From NCBI GenBank assembly GCA_963778655.1, contig CAVZVA010000003.1, positions 480,001 through 544,000 on the forward strand: DNA of 64,000 nt. The letters run 5' to 3'. Shown here in pieces: positions 52,305 to 62,113 of the stretch. Origin of the DNA: an uncultured delta proteobacterium (GTDB lineage Bacteria; Myxococcota_A; Polyangia; Polyangiales; JAFGIB01). The position numbers and the translations under genes were made by a program. Positions within the stretch are counted from its first letter, which is position 1; every line of letters starts with the position of its first letter. The notes beneath the pieces are model-generated. The model was not told the DNA's origin, ran no database searches, and saw only the letters and a program-made list of their open reading frames with translations.

Positions 52305-52763
52305 ATGGCTCCCACGATTCGCCGCTTTGGCGCTGATCGGCCCGCGGGCGCGACGCGCGCCGTGTGCATGGCCGCGCTGTTGTGGTCGCTGCCGGCGGCA
52401 GCGAGCGCCTTGCCCGCACGCGTGGCGCAGGCCGGCCACGCGCCCAAGCCGCATTCCACCGGGACCATGTGCGCCGCGCCCCCCGCCGCCACGCCCTCGG
52501 GCACCAGCATTCCGCCGGCCGGCGACGACGAGCTGCCGTGGTGCGTGAACGGATCGGATCCACGTTGTGCGCCCTTGCACCACGACTCGGCGCCGTTGCA
52601 CGTCGAGGGCCGCCCGGCCGCCACCGCGGACGCCAACGCGCTGCCGTGCCTGCTGCCGGATGGAAGCGCGCAGAAGCATCGCCCGCAGCTGGGCCTTTCC
52701 CCACGATCGGGCGTGAGCGAACGGTTGGAGCGCCCGCCGCGCGCAATTCGGCGGCCGGCTTGA
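52305..52763 (+). CDS. Hypothetical small secreted protein
   Basis: Signal-like segment AALLWSLPAAASA, PWC....DPRC, C-terminal ERPPR; start uncertain. Confidence 0.55.
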   Translation: MAPTIRRFGADRPAGATRAVCMAALLWSLPAAASALPARVAQAGHAPKPHSTGTMCAAPPAATPSGTSIPPAGDDELPWCVNGSDPRCAPLHHDSAPLHVEGRPAATADANALPCLLPDGSAQKHRPQLGLSPRSGVSERLERPPRAIRRPA

Positions 52764-52907
52764 TGCGAGCGCGCGCGGCCAGCCCGCGCCCGCCCGCAGC
52801 GGGCTGACTGCCCTGCGATCCAACCCGTTTTTTCGCAGTTTGACCTCAACCGGCGCCGCCCGAGGTCGGGACGGAGTACCCGCCCGCCGGCGCCACGGAG
52901 AGAGACC

Positions 52908-54917
52908 GTGAGCAAAGGTTCTGCATTGGTATCCATCCTGTTCGCATTCGTCGCCGGTGTGATCATCGGCAACGTCACCGCCGGCCCGTCCGGCTCGAGC
53001 GAGGAGACCGCGGATCAAGGCACCGCGGCCGACGACAACGTCAAAGGCGTCGACGAGAAAGACGGTCCCGACCGCTTCAACGTGCCCGTCAGCGCGGCCC
53101 AGCCGATCAAGGGACCTGCTGACGCGCTGGTCACGATCGTGGAGTTCAGCGATTTCCAGTGTCCGTTCTGCGGGCGCGTGGAGCCCACGCTGAGCCAGAT
53201 CATGAAGGACTACGCGGGCAAGGTGCGCATCGTGTGGCGCAACAACCCGCTGCCCTTCCACCAGAACGCCATGCCGTCCGCGGAGACGGCGATGGAGGCC
53301 TTCGCGGAGGGCGGCAGCGCCAAGTTCTGGGCCATGCACGACAAGCTGTTCGGCAACCAGCAGGCAGAGACCCGCCCCGACCTGGAGAAGTACGGCCAGG
53401 AGCTGGGCCTCGACGCCACCAAGCTGAAGGCGGCGCTCGACCAGCACACGCACCAGGCGAAGATCAAGGCCGACTCGGAGCTCGCCAGCAAGCTCGGCGC
53501 AGGCGGCACCCCGGCGTTCTTCATCAACGGCCGCTTCCTGTCGGGCGCGCAACCGCTACCGCGCTTCAAGGAGATCATCGACGACGAGATCAAGCGCGCG
53601 GAGAAGCTGATCGGTACCGGGCTCGCCAAGAAGCAGATCTACGTTGCACTGACCAAGAACGGCATGACCGCGGCCAAGGCGCCCTCGGCCGAGAACAAGC
53701 CCGCTCCACGCATGCCCGACCCCAAGGCGGTCTACAAGGTGCCGGTCGACAAGGCGCCGGCCAAGGGCCCCTCGGACGCGTACGTCACGATCGTCGAGTT
53801 CAGCGACTTCCAGTGCCCGTTCTGCGGCCGGGTGGAGCCCACCATCAAGCAGATCATGGACACCTACGGCAAGGACGTGCGCTTCGTGTGGCGCAACAAC
53901 CCGCTGCCCTTCCACGACAAGGCGGCGCTGGCCGCCGAGGCCGCAATGGAAGCGCGCGACCAGGGCAAGTTCTGGGAGTACCACGACAAGCTGTTCAGCA
54001 ATCAGCAAGCGCTCGCGCGTGAAAACCTCGAGCAGTACGCCAAGGATCTCGGCTTGAACATGAGCAAGTTCAAGGCGGCGCTCGACAGCAACAAGCACAA
54101 GGCGGAGATCGCGGCCGACCAGACGCTCGCGCGTCAGATCGGTGCCAGCGGCACCCCGTCGTTCTTCATCAACGGCCGCAGCCTACGCGGCGCGCAGCCT
54201 TTCGACGCCTTCAAGTCGCTGATCGACGAGGAGCTCGGCAAGGCCAAGGCGATGGCGCAGAAGGGCACGCCGCGCGCGCAGCTCTACGCCAAGATCATCG
54301 AGAACGGCGCGACCTCGCCGCAGTTCATCAATGGAGCCAAGCCCTCAGCGGCTCCGGCGGCACCCGACGCGGACAAGGTCTACCAGATCCCGCTGGTGAG
54401 CGACGCGCCGGTCAAGGGCGCGAAGAAGGCCAAGGTCGTGATCCAGGAGTTCAGCGACTTCCAGTGCCCGTTCTGCAACCGCGTCCTGCCGACCGTGAAG
54501 CAGGTCATGCAGGACTACGGCGACAAGGTGCAGGTGGTCTGGCGCAACTACCCGCTGCCGTTCCACGACAAGGCCGAGAAGGCCGCCGAGGCCGCACGCG
54601 AGGTCTACGAACAGGGCGGCTCGGAGAAATTCTGGGCCTATCATGACATGCTGTTCGGCAACCAGCAGGCGCTGACCCCCGATGACCTGGTCAAGTACGC
54701 GGGCCAGATCCCGGGGATCAACGCGAGCAAGGTCAAGGCCGCGCTCGACACCGACAAGCACAAGGCGCGGGTCAAGGCCGACATCGACGCCATCGCGAAG
54801 GCCGGCGCGCGCATCGGCACGCCGTCGTTCTTCATCAACGGCAAGCTGCTGCAGGGAGCCCAGCCCTACCCGGCCTTCAAGGCCGCGATCGACAAGGCGC
54901 TGGCCGAAGCCAAGTAG
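52908..54917 (+). CDS. DsbA-like protein with three tandem thioredoxin domains
   Basis: Three EFSDFQCPFC and three GTP.FFING..L.GAQP motifs; N-terminal signal anchor. Confidence 0.93.
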   Translation: MSKGSALVSILFAFVAGVIIGNVTAGPSGSSEETADQGTAADDNVKGVDEKDGPDRFNVPVSAAQPIKGPADALVTIVEFSDFQCPFCGRVEPTLSQIMKDYAGKVRIVWRNNPLPFHQNAMPSAETAMEAFAEGGSAKFWAMHDKLFGNQQAETRPDLEKYGQELGLDATKLKAALDQHTHQAKIKADSELASKLGAGGTPAFFINGRFLSGAQPLPRFKEIIDDEIKRAEKLIGTGLAKKQIYVALTKNGMTAAKAPSAENKPAPRMPDPKAVYKVPVDKAPAKGPSDAYVTIVEFSDFQCPFCGRVEPTIKQIMDTYGKDVRFVWRNNPLPFHDKAALAAEAAMEARDQGKFWEYHDKLFSNQQALARENLEQYAKDLGLNMSKFKAALDSNKHKAEIAADQTLARQIGASGTPSFFINGRSLRGAQPFDAFKSLIDEELGKAKAMAQKGTPRAQLYAKIIENGATSPQFINGAKPSAAPAAPDADKVYQIPLVSDAPVKGAKKAKVVIQEFSDFQCPFCNRVLPTVKQVMQDYGDKVQVVWRNYPLPFHDKAEKAAEAAREVYEQGGSEKFWAYHDMLFGNQQALTPDDLVKYAGQIPGINASKVKAALDTDKHKARVKADIDAIAKAGARIGTPSFFINGKLLQGAQPYPAFKAAIDKALAEAK

Positions 54918-54933
54918 GCGCGGCCACGGCGTT

Positions 54934-54977
54934 GACGCGAGCGGGGGGCCCGAGCTGTCGGGTCCCCCGTTCGTGTC
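54934..54977 (+). terminator. Stem-loop, probable terminator
   Basis: 20-bp stem with G-U pairs, GACGCGAGCGGGGGGCCCGA-GCTG-TCGGGTCCCCCGTTCGTGTC, just after the stop; weak U-tract. Confidence 0.65.
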
Positions 54978-55091
54978 CTTGCGGGGGCCTTGCGGGGTAA
55001 CGCGCACCCTCCCGGCAACAGGATCCTTGCTCGCGATTTGACAGGCGCCTGCCCCCGGAATAGGTACGGTGACCCGCGGAGGAGAGAGCCC

Positions 55092-56036
55092 ATGGCCAGA
55101 GCAGCGCGCGCAACGGCAGCAGCAGCAGCAGCAGCGGCGGAACCGGCGCTACCGATCGTCGAGGAGCGGCACTTCCGCAGCGACAACGCCTTTCTGTGCT
55201 TGTTGTTGAATCGCCGTACCAAGCAGATCCGTGTGATCGACTTCCGCGCCGGTGCGCTTCCAGCCAAGCGCCTGTTCATCCAGTCGGTGGCGCAGCGCGA
55301 GGGCGTGGACAAGGTCATCTTGCTGGTCGAGAAGGACGAGGTTTCGTCGTGGACCCGCGTCGGCTTCGTCCGCGAGGGCACGGTGCCCGGCTTCTACAAG
55401 CGCAGCGACGGCCATCTGGTGGGGTGCGTGATCGGCGACAGGACCGCGTCGGTCGAGGCGGGCGAGGCCGCGCAGCGGCTGGCGGACAAGACGATCACCG
55501 CGGCCAAGAAGATCGCGGGCGACTTCGACGACCCGATCAAGGGGGTCGCCGTCAAGACCGTGACGGAGAAGGCGGCGCTGGCCGCGCGCGACACGGTCTG
55601 GCGGAAGCAGGACGCCGCCTACGGCAGCTTCGATCCCTTCGGCCGCGACGCCCAGCGGCTCTATCTCGAGGTGGTGCCCAAGAAGGCGAAGCCGAACTTC
55701 CTGTCGGCCGAGTACCAGGACTGCTTCGGGCACTCGCTGATCGAGATCCTTCGCCGCCCCAAGGCCAGCGCCGACCTGGCCGCCGCGGTGGCGGGCCTGC
55801 GCGCGCTGGAGGAGGACCTCAAGCGGCGCGAGATCGTCTCGGCCTTCGCCTTTGCGCCGGTGGACGACGTCGAGCTGAGCGCGGTCTTCCTCGCCGGCGG
55901 CTACCGCAAGACCGGACTGCTCGCCAAGGGCGTGCTGGCGGAAGGCAAGCGCGGCGACGCCATTCTGTGGACACGCAAGCTGGCCGACCCGGCCGGCGGC
56001 GAAGAGGGCGCGGCAGAAAGCGCCTTCGACAGCTGA
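55092..56036 (+). CDS. Divergent tandem-GNAT protein, AblB/YodP-like
   Basis: IRVIDFR..GVDKVI..GFVREGTVPGFY..DG and ALEEDLKRREIVSAF..SAVFLAGGYRKTGLL..WTRKL; GGAGGA RBS. Confidence 0.6.
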   Translation: MARAARATAAAAAAAAEPALPIVEERHFRSDNAFLCLLLNRRTKQIRVIDFRAGALPAKRLFIQSVAQREGVDKVILLVEKDEVSSWTRVGFVREGTVPGFYKRSDGHLVGCVIGDRTASVEAGEAAQRLADKTITAAKKIAGDFDDPIKGVAVKTVTEKAALAARDTVWRKQDAAYGSFDPFGRDAQRLYLEVVPKKAKPNFLSAEYQDCFGHSLIEILRRPKASADLAAAVAGLRALEEDLKRREIVSAFAFAPVDDVELSAVFLAGGYRKTGLLAKGVLAEGKRGDAILWTRKLADPAGGEEGAAESAFDS

Positions 56037-56108
56037 GCCAAGGGCTCGGCGCGGCGATTCGCACGTGCCGCGCGGATCTGCTAATCTGTTCAGGGAACGA
56101 GCCCTCGA

Positions 56109-56136
56109 TTGACACGCGCGGGGAACGGCTTAAGTT
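56109..56136 (+). promoter_or_regulatory. sigma70-type promoter
   Basis: TTGACA, 16 nt, TAAGTT, then GGAG RBS and ATG 56152. Confidence 0.6.
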
Positions 56137-56151
56137 GCCCGCTCGGAGACC

Positions 56152-56430
56152 ATGCCGACCTACAGCTACCTTTGCGACGCCTGCCACCGCGAGTTCGAGC
56201 GGGAACAGCGGATCAGCGAAGACCCGATCAAGAAGTGCCCGAGCTGCGGCAAGCTGCGCGCGCGCCGGCTGATCAGCAGCGGCAACTTCATCCTCAAGGG
56301 CGGCGGCTGGTACTCGGACGGCTACGGTTCGAGCAAGAGTAGCGGCGCCAAGAAGGACGCCAAGGACAAGGACACATCCAGCTCGAGCCCAGCGCCTAGC
56401 AAGGACGCGAAGCCGGCGAGCACGGACTGA
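56152..56430 (+). CDS. FmdB-family zinc-ribbon protein
   Basis: MPTYSYLCDAC..CPSCG..RLIS..F.LKGGGWY. Confidence 0.92.
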   Translation: MPTYSYLCDACHREFEREQRISEDPIKKCPSCGKLRARRLISSGNFILKGGGWYSDGYGSSKSSGAKKDAKDKDTSSSSPAPSKDAKPASTD

Positions 56431-56712
56431 CCGCGGCAGCGCAAGCCTGCGCGCGCGACGCTCCAAGCGCTCGCCCGCGCGCAGGTGCTCGCGCGATCGG
56501 TCGCAGCTCCGGCTATCCATTTCGCTCACAGTGCATCTCGCATGCGCGCGCAGGTCACAGCGCGTACGAAGTAGCGTTTGCGCGCGTTGCGCGGGCACTC
56601 TCGCTGCGTAGACTGCCGCTCGCAGCCTGTTTGGACGACCGTAGTGGCCGGGTCGACCGACCCGAGCGCTCGTCGTCGATGGGAGGGTTGCGAGATCGAG
56701 GCGAGAGGCAAC

Positions 56713-58533
56713 ATGACTGAGAGGAAGCACAGCTTTGCGTGGCGCTGCGCAGCATGGTCGTTCGCGCTGTTGTTTGTGAGCGAGGCTGCGGCCCAGGGGC
56801 CGGACACCTTTGCGAAGGACGCACCGGCGCAAACCGAGGGCGGCGGCCGCACCGCAGCGGCCACGAGCCAACGCACGCTCGGGGCGGCAGCCGCCAGCCA
56901 CATGGTGGAGCACCTCAAGCAGGAGCACACCTCGCTCGATCAGATCGGGCTCGAGCTCAAGAACGCGAATGTCCCTGTAGGCGCGGCGCTGAAAGCGCTG
57001 CGTGAGAACGGCTACAAGGGCAAGGATCTGGCGGGAGGCCTCGCGGCCTGGGGCGTCGGCGACGCCGAGCAACTCGCGCAGGCGGCACACGGCTCCGGGA
57101 TGAAAGCTGCGGAGATCGTCCCGCTGCTCGAGGAGGTGTTCGGTGCGGGGACCCCCGAGATCGTCGCCAGCCTGAGCAGCGTGGGGCTCAAGGACGGGGA
57201 AATCGCGAGCTCGCTGCGCAAGGCCAAGGTCGAGCCCGCGGAGATCGCACGCGCGTTTGCCAAGCACGACAAGGACACGGCGGCGATCGCCGCCGCGCTG
57301 GGCGGCGCCGGCCTCCCTCCGGTCGCGATCGCACGCGCGCTCAAGGCGGCGCAGCAGCCGCCGACGGAAATCGCCGCCGCGCTCGCGGCCCGCAAGCTGA
57401 AGCCGCCCGCCGTGGTCAAAGCGCTGGAGCAGGCCAAGATCTTCGCCGGCGACCTGGCGCTCGAGCTCAAAACCAAGGGCAAGGGTTTCGACGAGATCGC
57501 CAGCACGCTGCACCGCACCGGCTTCGGAAACCCGGCCGTCGCACATGGCCTGAAGTTTGCGGGCGCCGATCCGGCGGCGCGCGCCGCCGCGCTGCACGGC
57601 TTGGGCGTCAAGCCGCGCGAAATCGTCGAGACGCTGCGCAAGCAGAAGGCCTCCGACCAGGAGATCGGCAAGGCCCTGCTGGCCAGCCACCTCAGCACGG
57701 CCGAGGCGATCGATGCGCTGCGCGACACGGGCGCGAGCTGGAGCACGGTGATCTCGTCGCTGCGCGCCGCGGGCGTGGAGACCGCCGCGCTGGCGGCGGC
57801 GGCCAAGGACAAGCGCGTCGCCGCCGGCGATGTCGCCCCCGGCCTGGTGCAGAGCGGTCTCTCCAGCAAGGACGCGGCCAGGGCGCTACGCGCGGCGAAA
57901 TACGCGCCGGGCGACGTCGCCTGGGGTCTGAAGACGGCCGGCCTCTCGACCGACGACATCGCGCTCACGCTCAAGGACATCGGCGAGAAGCGCGCCGACG
58001 TGGTGGCCGGCCTGCGCAAGCTCAACGTCGAGAATGCCGCGCTCGCGAGCGCGCTCAAGACCGCGGGGTTCTCGGCAACGATGGTGGCCGAGGATCTGAA
58101 AGCCGGCTCCAAGGACCTGACCAAGGTGGCCGCCACGCTCAAGCATGCCGGCTACGACTGCAAGGAGATCGGCAAGGCGCTCAAGGCTCCGCACAAGCAG
58201 GTTGCCGCAGCGCTCCACGCCGCCAAGTGCACGCCCGACGAGACCGCCGCCGCGCTGGCGGGCGCCGGGGTGTCTCACGCCGAGGTGACCTCGCTGCTCA
58301 AGGGCCTGGCGATCGACCGCACCTACGTGGCGCGCGCGCTCAAGGGCGCGGGCTCCTCCGCGCCCGAGATCGCCAAGGACATGAAGCACGCCGCATACTC
58401 CGCCGACGACGTCGCGGTGGCCATGCGCCTGTGCGGCTACTCGGCTGACGAGGTGGACAAAGCCATGACGGGGGCGCGTTTCCCGAAGAAAGAGATCGCG
58501 CCCGCGCTCGCCTACGCTGGCTACAAGCGCTGA
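56713..58533 (+). CDS. Secreted protein built of tandem 14-aa helical repeats
   Basis: Signal peptide (AAA-Q), consensus G-h-x-x-x-E-I-A-x-A-L-K-x-A repeated to the C-terminus. Confidence 0.85.
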   Translation: MTERKHSFAWRCAAWSFALLFVSEAAAQGPDTFAKDAPAQTEGGGRTAAATSQRTLGAAAASHMVEHLKQEHTSLDQIGLELKNANVPVGAALKALRENGYKGKDLAGGLAAWGVGDAEQLAQAAHGSGMKAAEIVPLLEEVFGAGTPEIVASLSSVGLKDGEIASSLRKAKVEPAEIARAFAKHDKDTAAIAAALGGAGLPPVAIARALKAAQQPPTEIAAALAARKLKPPAVVKALEQAKIFAGDLALELKTKGKGFDEIASTLHRTGFGNPAVAHGLKFAGADPAARAAALHGLGVKPREIVETLRKQKASDQEIGKALLASHLSTAEAIDALRDTGASWSTVISSLRAAGVETAALAAAAKDKRVAAGDVAPGLVQSGLSSKDAARALRAAKYAPGDVAWGLKTAGLSTDDIALTLKDIGEKRADVVAGLRKLNVENAALASALKTAGFSATMVAEDLKAGSKDLTKVAATLKHAGYDCKEIGKALKAPHKQVAAALHAAKCTPDETAAALAGAGVSHAEVTSLLKGLAIDRTYVARALKGAGSSAPEIAKDMKHAAYSADDVAVAMRLCGYSADEVDKAMTGARFPKKEIAPALAYAGYKR

Positions 58534-58552
58534 CGCGCGCTTGCCGCAGCGC

Positions 58553-60739
58553 TCATGCGGGCTCGAGATAGCTGGTGATCAGCGTCTTGTCGCCCCAGCC
58601 GGGAAAGCGCACGGTCACCCGCGGGGGGCTGCCGGGTGAGAGCCCGCACACCTCCCCGACGCCGAACTTCTTGTGCCGCACGCGCATGCCGGGGTGCAGC
58701 TCGGCGCCGTCGAGGTCGGAGCCCTCGCTGGTGTCGACGCGCGAATCTCCGGGCACCGGCGCGGGCGGCCGGGACGAAGCGCCGAACGCGGGCTCACGGC
58801 GCTCGCGTCCCACCACCTCGAGCTCCTGCCGGGGCATCTCGGACAGAAAGCGGGAGGGCCGGCGCGAGCGCAGCTCGCCGTAGACGCGGCGGCTCTGGGC
58901 GTAGCTGAGGAACAAGCGCTGCTGCGCGCGCGTAAACGCGACGTAGGCCAACCTCCGCTCCTCCTCGAGGTCGTCGAAATCGGGCTCGCTGCCGTCGAAT
59001 GAGGGACGCACGTTGGGAAAGGTCTCCTCTTCCAGACCGGCCACCATCACCACCGGAAACTCGAGCCCCTTGGCCGCGTGCACCGTCATCAGCGTGATCG
59101 CGTCGTCGTTTTCGACGCGGTCGGCGTCGGTTTGCAGCGTGACCAGCTCGAGAAAGGCCGAGAGCGTCGGTTCCTCGGCCTCGCGCTCGAATTCGAGCAT
59201 CGAGCCCAGCACCTCCTGCAGGTTTTCGAGCCGGGCGTCGCCCTCGACGCTGTCGTCCTCCTTGAGCACCTGCACGTAACCGGTGTGCTCCAGCACGTGA
59301 CGCGCGAGCTGAGAAGGGCCGTGGCCCTGTTGCGACATCTGGCGCAGCAGCTCGATCAGCGAGCGGAATCGGGCGAAGCTCTTCTTCGCCGCCGAGGTCT
59401 GCGCCGGATCGTGCTCGACCTCACCCAGGGCCTGCCACACGCTGACGCCGCGCCGGGCCGCGGATTCCAGCAGTCGCTCGATCGCGGTCTTGCCGATGCC
59501 GCGCGGCGGGGTGTTCACGATGCGCAGCAGGCTCACGTCGTCGTCCTGGTTGTGCACCACGCGCAGATAGGCCAGCAGATCCTTGATCTCGGCGCGGTCG
59601 TAGAAACGCAGCCCGCCCACCACGCGGTAGGGCAGATCGACGAAGCGCAGCGCCTCCTCGAACACCCGTGACTGCGCGTGCGTGCGGTACAACAGCGCGA
59701 GCTCGCGCCGGGCGTGGCCGGCGTCGAGCAGCATCAACATCAGCTTCACCAGCAGAGAGGCCTCGTCGCGCTCGTCGCCGGCGCACAGCAGCGTGACGCG
59801 CGCCCCCGGCTCGTTATCGGTCCACAGCCGCTTGGGCTCGCGCGCGACGTTCCTGGCCACGACCGCGTTGGCCACCTGCAGGATGCGCTGGGTGGAGCGG
59901 TAGTTCTGCTCCAGCTTGACCACGCGCGCGTCGGGGAAGTGGCGGGTGAACTCGAGGATATTGCGGCGGTCGGCGCCGCGGAAGCGGTAGATGCTCTGGT
60001 CGTCGTCGCCGACCACGCACAGATTGCGGTGGCGTTCGGCCAGCGCGCGCAACCAAAGCGTCTGCACGCGGTTGGTGTCCTGGTACTCGTCGACCAGCAC
60101 GTGCGAGAAGCGCGACTGCAGCTCGGCGGTGAGCGCCGGGCTCTTGCTCATGGCGTCGACCAGCCGGAAGATCAGATCGCCGAAGTCGAGCGCGCCCGCG
60201 GCGCGCATGCGCGTCTCGTACGCGGCAAACACGCGCGCCACGACGCGCGTGAGATCGTCGCTTGCTTCGTAGCTATCGGCGCCCACCGCCTCGTGCTTGG
60301 AGCGGTTGATGATCGAGGCCAGCAGGCGCGGGTGGTAGCGGCGCTCGTCGAGTCCCTCGTCGCGCACGATCCGCGTGAGCATGGCGCGCTGATCCGAGTC
60401 GTCGTAGATCACGAAGCCGCGCCGCACCTCCGCCAGCTCGGCGTAGCGCCGCAGCAGCCGCGCGCAAATCGCGTGAAAGGTGCCGACCCACAGGTCCTGG
60501 GCGCCCGAGGGCAGCAGCGCACCAAGGCGCTGGCGCATCTCGGCGGCGGCCTTGTTGGTGAAGGTGACCGCCAGCACGCGCCAGGGGGGCACGGAGAGGT
60601 CGCCGACCAGATGTGCGACGCGGTGGGTGATGACGCGGGTCTTGCCGCTGCCGGCGCCCGCAAACACGACCAGGGGGCCGTCGCCGTGCAGGACGGCTTC
60701 GCGCTGAGGTGGGTTGAGGCCGTCCAGCGACAGCGGCAC
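58553..60739 (-). CDS. uvrD: UvrD/PcrA ATP-dependent DNA helicase
   Basis: AGAGSGKT, VTFTNKAA, VDEYQDTN, VGDDDQSIY, NYRS, LMTVHAAKGLEF, EERRLAYVAFTRA, C-terminal Tudor-like RVRHKKFGVG; start uncertain (60739-60775). Confidence 0.95.
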   Translation of the reverse strand: MPLSLDGLNPPQREAVLHGDGPLVVFAGAGSGKTRVITHRVAHLVGDLSVPPWRVLAVTFTNKAAAEMRQRLGALLPSGAQDLWVGTFHAICARLLRRYAELAEVRRGFVIYDDSDQRAMLTRIVRDEGLDERRYHPRLLASIINRSKHEAVGADSYEASDDLTRVVARVFAAYETRMRAAGALDFGDLIFRLVDAMSKSPALTAELQSRFSHVLVDEYQDTNRVQTLWLRALAERHRNLCVVGDDDQSIYRFRGADRRNILEFTRHFPDARVVKLEQNYRSTQRILQVANAVVARNVAREPKRLWTDNEPGARVTLLCAGDERDEASLLVKLMLMLLDAGHARRELALLYRTHAQSRVFEEALRFVDLPYRVVGGLRFYDRAEIKDLLAYLRVVHNQDDDVSLLRIVNTPPRGIGKTAIERLLESAARRGVSVWQALGEVEHDPAQTSAAKKSFARFRSLIELLRQMSQQGHGPSQLARHVLEHTGYVQVLKEDDSVEGDARLENLQEVLGSMLEFEREAEEPTLSAFLELVTLQTDADRVENDDAITLMTVHAAKGLEFPVVMVAGLEEETFPNVRPSFDGSEPDFDDLEEERRLAYVAFTRAQQRLFLSYAQSRRVYGELRSRRPSRFLSEMPRQELEVVGRERREPAFGASSRPPAPVPGDSRVDTSEGSDLDGAELHPGMRVRHKKFGVGEVCGLSPGSPPRVTVRFPGWGDKTLITSYLEPA

Positions 60740-60853
60740 GGGCGCTAAGCTAGCGCCCGCCAGCCCCGCCACCAAGCGGAAAGGCGGCGCCTTGGCCCCC
60801 CTGCGTGGCGGCCGTGGCCAAGAGGGCGCGCATTCATGTTACATATCGGACCC

Positions 60854-61546
60854 ATGAAGCTGGCGCAGGGCCAGGCCGCAAGCGAGGGCACGGCGCCCAA
60901 GTCGTTGAATCGGCAGGCCTCGGAGACGTCCAAAGCCGTGGAGGAGGTGGACCGGCAAGATGGCGATAGCGAGCTGGTCCGGCGGGTCCAAGCCGGCGAC
61001 CAGGCGGCTTTTCGCGGCCTGTTCGACCGCTACCACCGGCGCGTGTTCGCGGTCGCCCTGGGGGTGGTCAAGAACCAGGACGACGCCCTCGACGTGGTCC
61101 AGGAGGCTTTCGTCAAGGTCCACAAGCACATCGGCGGCTTTCAAGGCAGCTCTAGCTTCTACACCTGGCTGTACCGAATCGCGATGAACCTGGCTATCGA
61201 TCACGTGCGAAGAACGCGCAAAGTCGTGGAGTTCGACGAGCGGGTCAACAAGGACGACGCGACCTCGGCCGGCGCGATTCTGCCCCAGCTGACCCACGAC
61301 AATCCGAGCAAGACGGTCTCGCGCCACGAGCTTTCGGGACAGATCCGGGCCGCGCTCGAGACCTTGCCGGAGTACCATCGAGCGGTGATCCTGCTGCGCG
61401 AGGTCGAGGGGCTGAGCTACGAGGAGATGTCGAAGGTGCTCAAGGTCCCCAAAGGGACGATCATGAGCCGGCTGTTTCACGCGCGGCGCAAGATGCAACA
61501 GCAGCTCGAGGGCTACCTCGGGGGCGATCTCGAGGTGACGGAGTAA
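60854..61546 (+). CDS. ECF sigma-70 factor (RpoE-like)
   Basis: DSELVRR, DVVQEAFVK, FYTWLYRIAMN, LPEYHRAVILLRE, GTIMSRLFHAR. Confidence 0.93.
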   Translation: MKLAQGQAASEGTAPKSLNRQASETSKAVEEVDRQDGDSELVRRVQAGDQAAFRGLFDRYHRRVFAVALGVVKNQDDALDVVQEAFVKVHKHIGGFQGSSSFYTWLYRIAMNLAIDHVRRTRKVVEFDERVNKDDATSAGAILPQLTHDNPSKTVSRHELSGQIRAALETLPEYHRAVILLREVEGLSYEEMSKVLKVPKGTIMSRLFHARRKMQQQLEGYLGGDLEVTE

Positions 61547-61549
61547 GCC

Positions 61550-62113
61550 GTGAACGACGAGCACGTGGAAGAGGAGCTGCTCAATCGCTACTTCGACGGC
61601 GACCTCGCGCCGGCGCACGCGAGCGAGGTGGCCCAGCACATCGAGCGCTGCGCGTCCTGCGCCGCGCGCCACCGCGCGCTCGGGGAGCTACAGCGCTTGA
61701 TCGGCATCGCGGCCGAGGATGACGGGCGGCAGGTCGACTTCGATGCGGTGTTCGGCCGCATCGAGGGCGCAGTGCGGCGGCAGCCGGCCCCCGGGCTCGG
61801 GGAGCGCGTCTCGTTCGAGCTGCACGACCGGGTGGAGCGCCGCACTGCCCTGCTATGGATGCCGGCCGCAGGCGCGCTCGCCGCCGCTGCGGCCCTGGCA
61901 CTGATGCTGCGCAGCGGCAACTCCCAGCCCGCCCCCCGCGCGGTCGCGAACGGCGCCGATCCGGTGCAGGCCCGGGTCGCCCCGGGCAGCTCGGAGGTCG
62001 AACAGGTCGATTTTGGCGCCAAAACCGGTACCGTGTTCGAAGTCGCGGTGGCCGACGGCGTGTCGACCCCCGTGGTATGGATCGACGACGATGGCGACCA
62101 AGGTGCGGAGTAG
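61550..62113 (+). CDS. Zinc-binding (ZAS/zf-HC2) transmembrane anti-sigma factor
   Basis: YFDGDL, HIERCASC (Hx3Cx2C), TM, small C-terminal beta domain. Confidence 0.88.
   Translation: MNDEHVEEELLNRYFDGDLAPAHASEVAQHIERCASCAARHRALGELQRLIGIAAEDDGRQVDFDAVFGRIEGAVRRQPAPGLGERVSFELHDRVERRTALLWMPAAGALAAAAALALMLRSGNSQPAPRAVANGADPVQARVAPGSSEVEQVDFGAKTGTVFEVAVADGVSTPVVWIDDDGDQGAE

Noticed and set aside
55116..55133. (GCA)6 as a phase-variation tract
   Set aside because: A triplet repeat keeps the frame, and it is too short to imply switching
56598..56712. Multi-stem leader RNA before the 14-aa repeat gene
   Set aside because: Pairings exist (CTCGCAGCCT/GGGTTGCGAG, CGGGTC/GACCCG), but a candidate promoter (TTGCGC-N16-TAGACT) would start transcription inside the outer stem, and GC-rich chance pairing is likely
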